This document shows positions 63,271 to 64,000 of a stretch of 64,000 nucleotides of DNA, piece after piece. How positions within the stretch are numbered: position 1 is the first letter of the stretch; the number at the start of each line of letters is the position of its first letter. The translations under genes and the position numbers were made by a program. The stretch comes from Camelus ferus (taxonomy: Eukaryota): NCBI RefSeq assembly GCF_009834535.1, contig NC_045696.1, positions 28,088,001 through 28,152,000 on the forward strand, read 5' to 3'. Below the pieces are notes generated by a model. The model was not told where the DNA came from, did no database searches, and was given only the letters and a program-made list of their open reading frames with translations.

Positions 63271-64000
63271 AGCAATTAATATTATTAAGCCAGCAATCCA
63301 CTTTGACTCTCATACTGTCTTTTAAAATAGTATTTTTATTTTAGAAATTAATGTTTGCTGCAAGAATTTTGGAAAATGGAGAAATACAAAAAATGAAAAG
63401 TAAAATAACCCATAATTGTACCACACTAAGATGAAAACTATATTTTCCATGTGTTGCTTTGTTTTTTGCTCCCCTTCTCTGACCCCCTCCAGAAAGTTCA
63501 TTCTGAATATAATCTCTTATAATTGGAAAACTTATAATTTTGCACAAAGCAAAATGAAATTTGGATTCACTTTATCTGTAGGTAACTATTTCATTTTCTA
63601 GACAGTCATTTAAGGAATATCCTATATTCTTTGTACAAGGTAACACTTCTGCACTACATTCTGAAATTGTACCAAAAATACAGCTTACCTATCTATATCC
63701 ATGTATGCATTTCTCTATATTTACAGAAAAGAAATATCAATCAAAACAATGCTAAAAGTTGGGGAAAAAACAGGTAATTCACAGGGATACAACAGTATAT
63801 TATATAATTTTGATATGATAATACTTTTAAATTAATTCCTGCTGAAAATTATATAACAAAAAGATGAAACTGACATTTAAATTCTAATTATGTTTGCATT
63901 TGGTCAAGCATGGTGCTTCTGTTGCTATCATTACAGCTATTTAATGATCTCAGATCTGAGCCAAAATTTCAAGTGTCTGTGGGAAACCACATTAAAAGTG

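Noticed and set aside
1..64000. Prokaryote-style systems (operons, CRISPR arrays, defence islands)
   Set aside because: The DNA is mammalian repeat-rich non-coding sequence; no ORF exceeds 120 aa and there is no regularly spaced repeat-spacer array.

Overview
AT-rich mammalian non-coding DNA (intergenic or deep intronic). It is most likely camelid, because it carries two tRNA-Ala-derived SINEs resembling Vic-1 and several short L1 3' ends of the type I associate with camelids. I can support no intact protein-coding gene, RNA gene or CRISPR array. The listed ORFs are chance ORFs or decayed L1 ORF1/ORF2 and ERVL pol fragments. Recognisable content is transposon fossils: L1s of several ages, L2, MIR, MaLR LTRs, an ERVL pol/integrase remnant with an LTR16-like LTR, and hAT and Tigger MITEs, plus microsatellites. 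The best signals are mechanistic. Two 5'-inverted (twin-primed) L1s have readable TSDs and priming microhomology. A ~510-bp piece of older genomic DNA (L2 + Tigger) sits inside a younger L1 between 18-bp direct repeats. A ~45-bp templated insertion in an LTR appears copied from 2 kb away. A 3'-truncated L1 has ~229-bp 5'UTR monomers. There are also candidate exons and transcription-factor motif clusters. I found no convincing novel biological system. Repeat family names are from memory of consensus sequences, not from a search.
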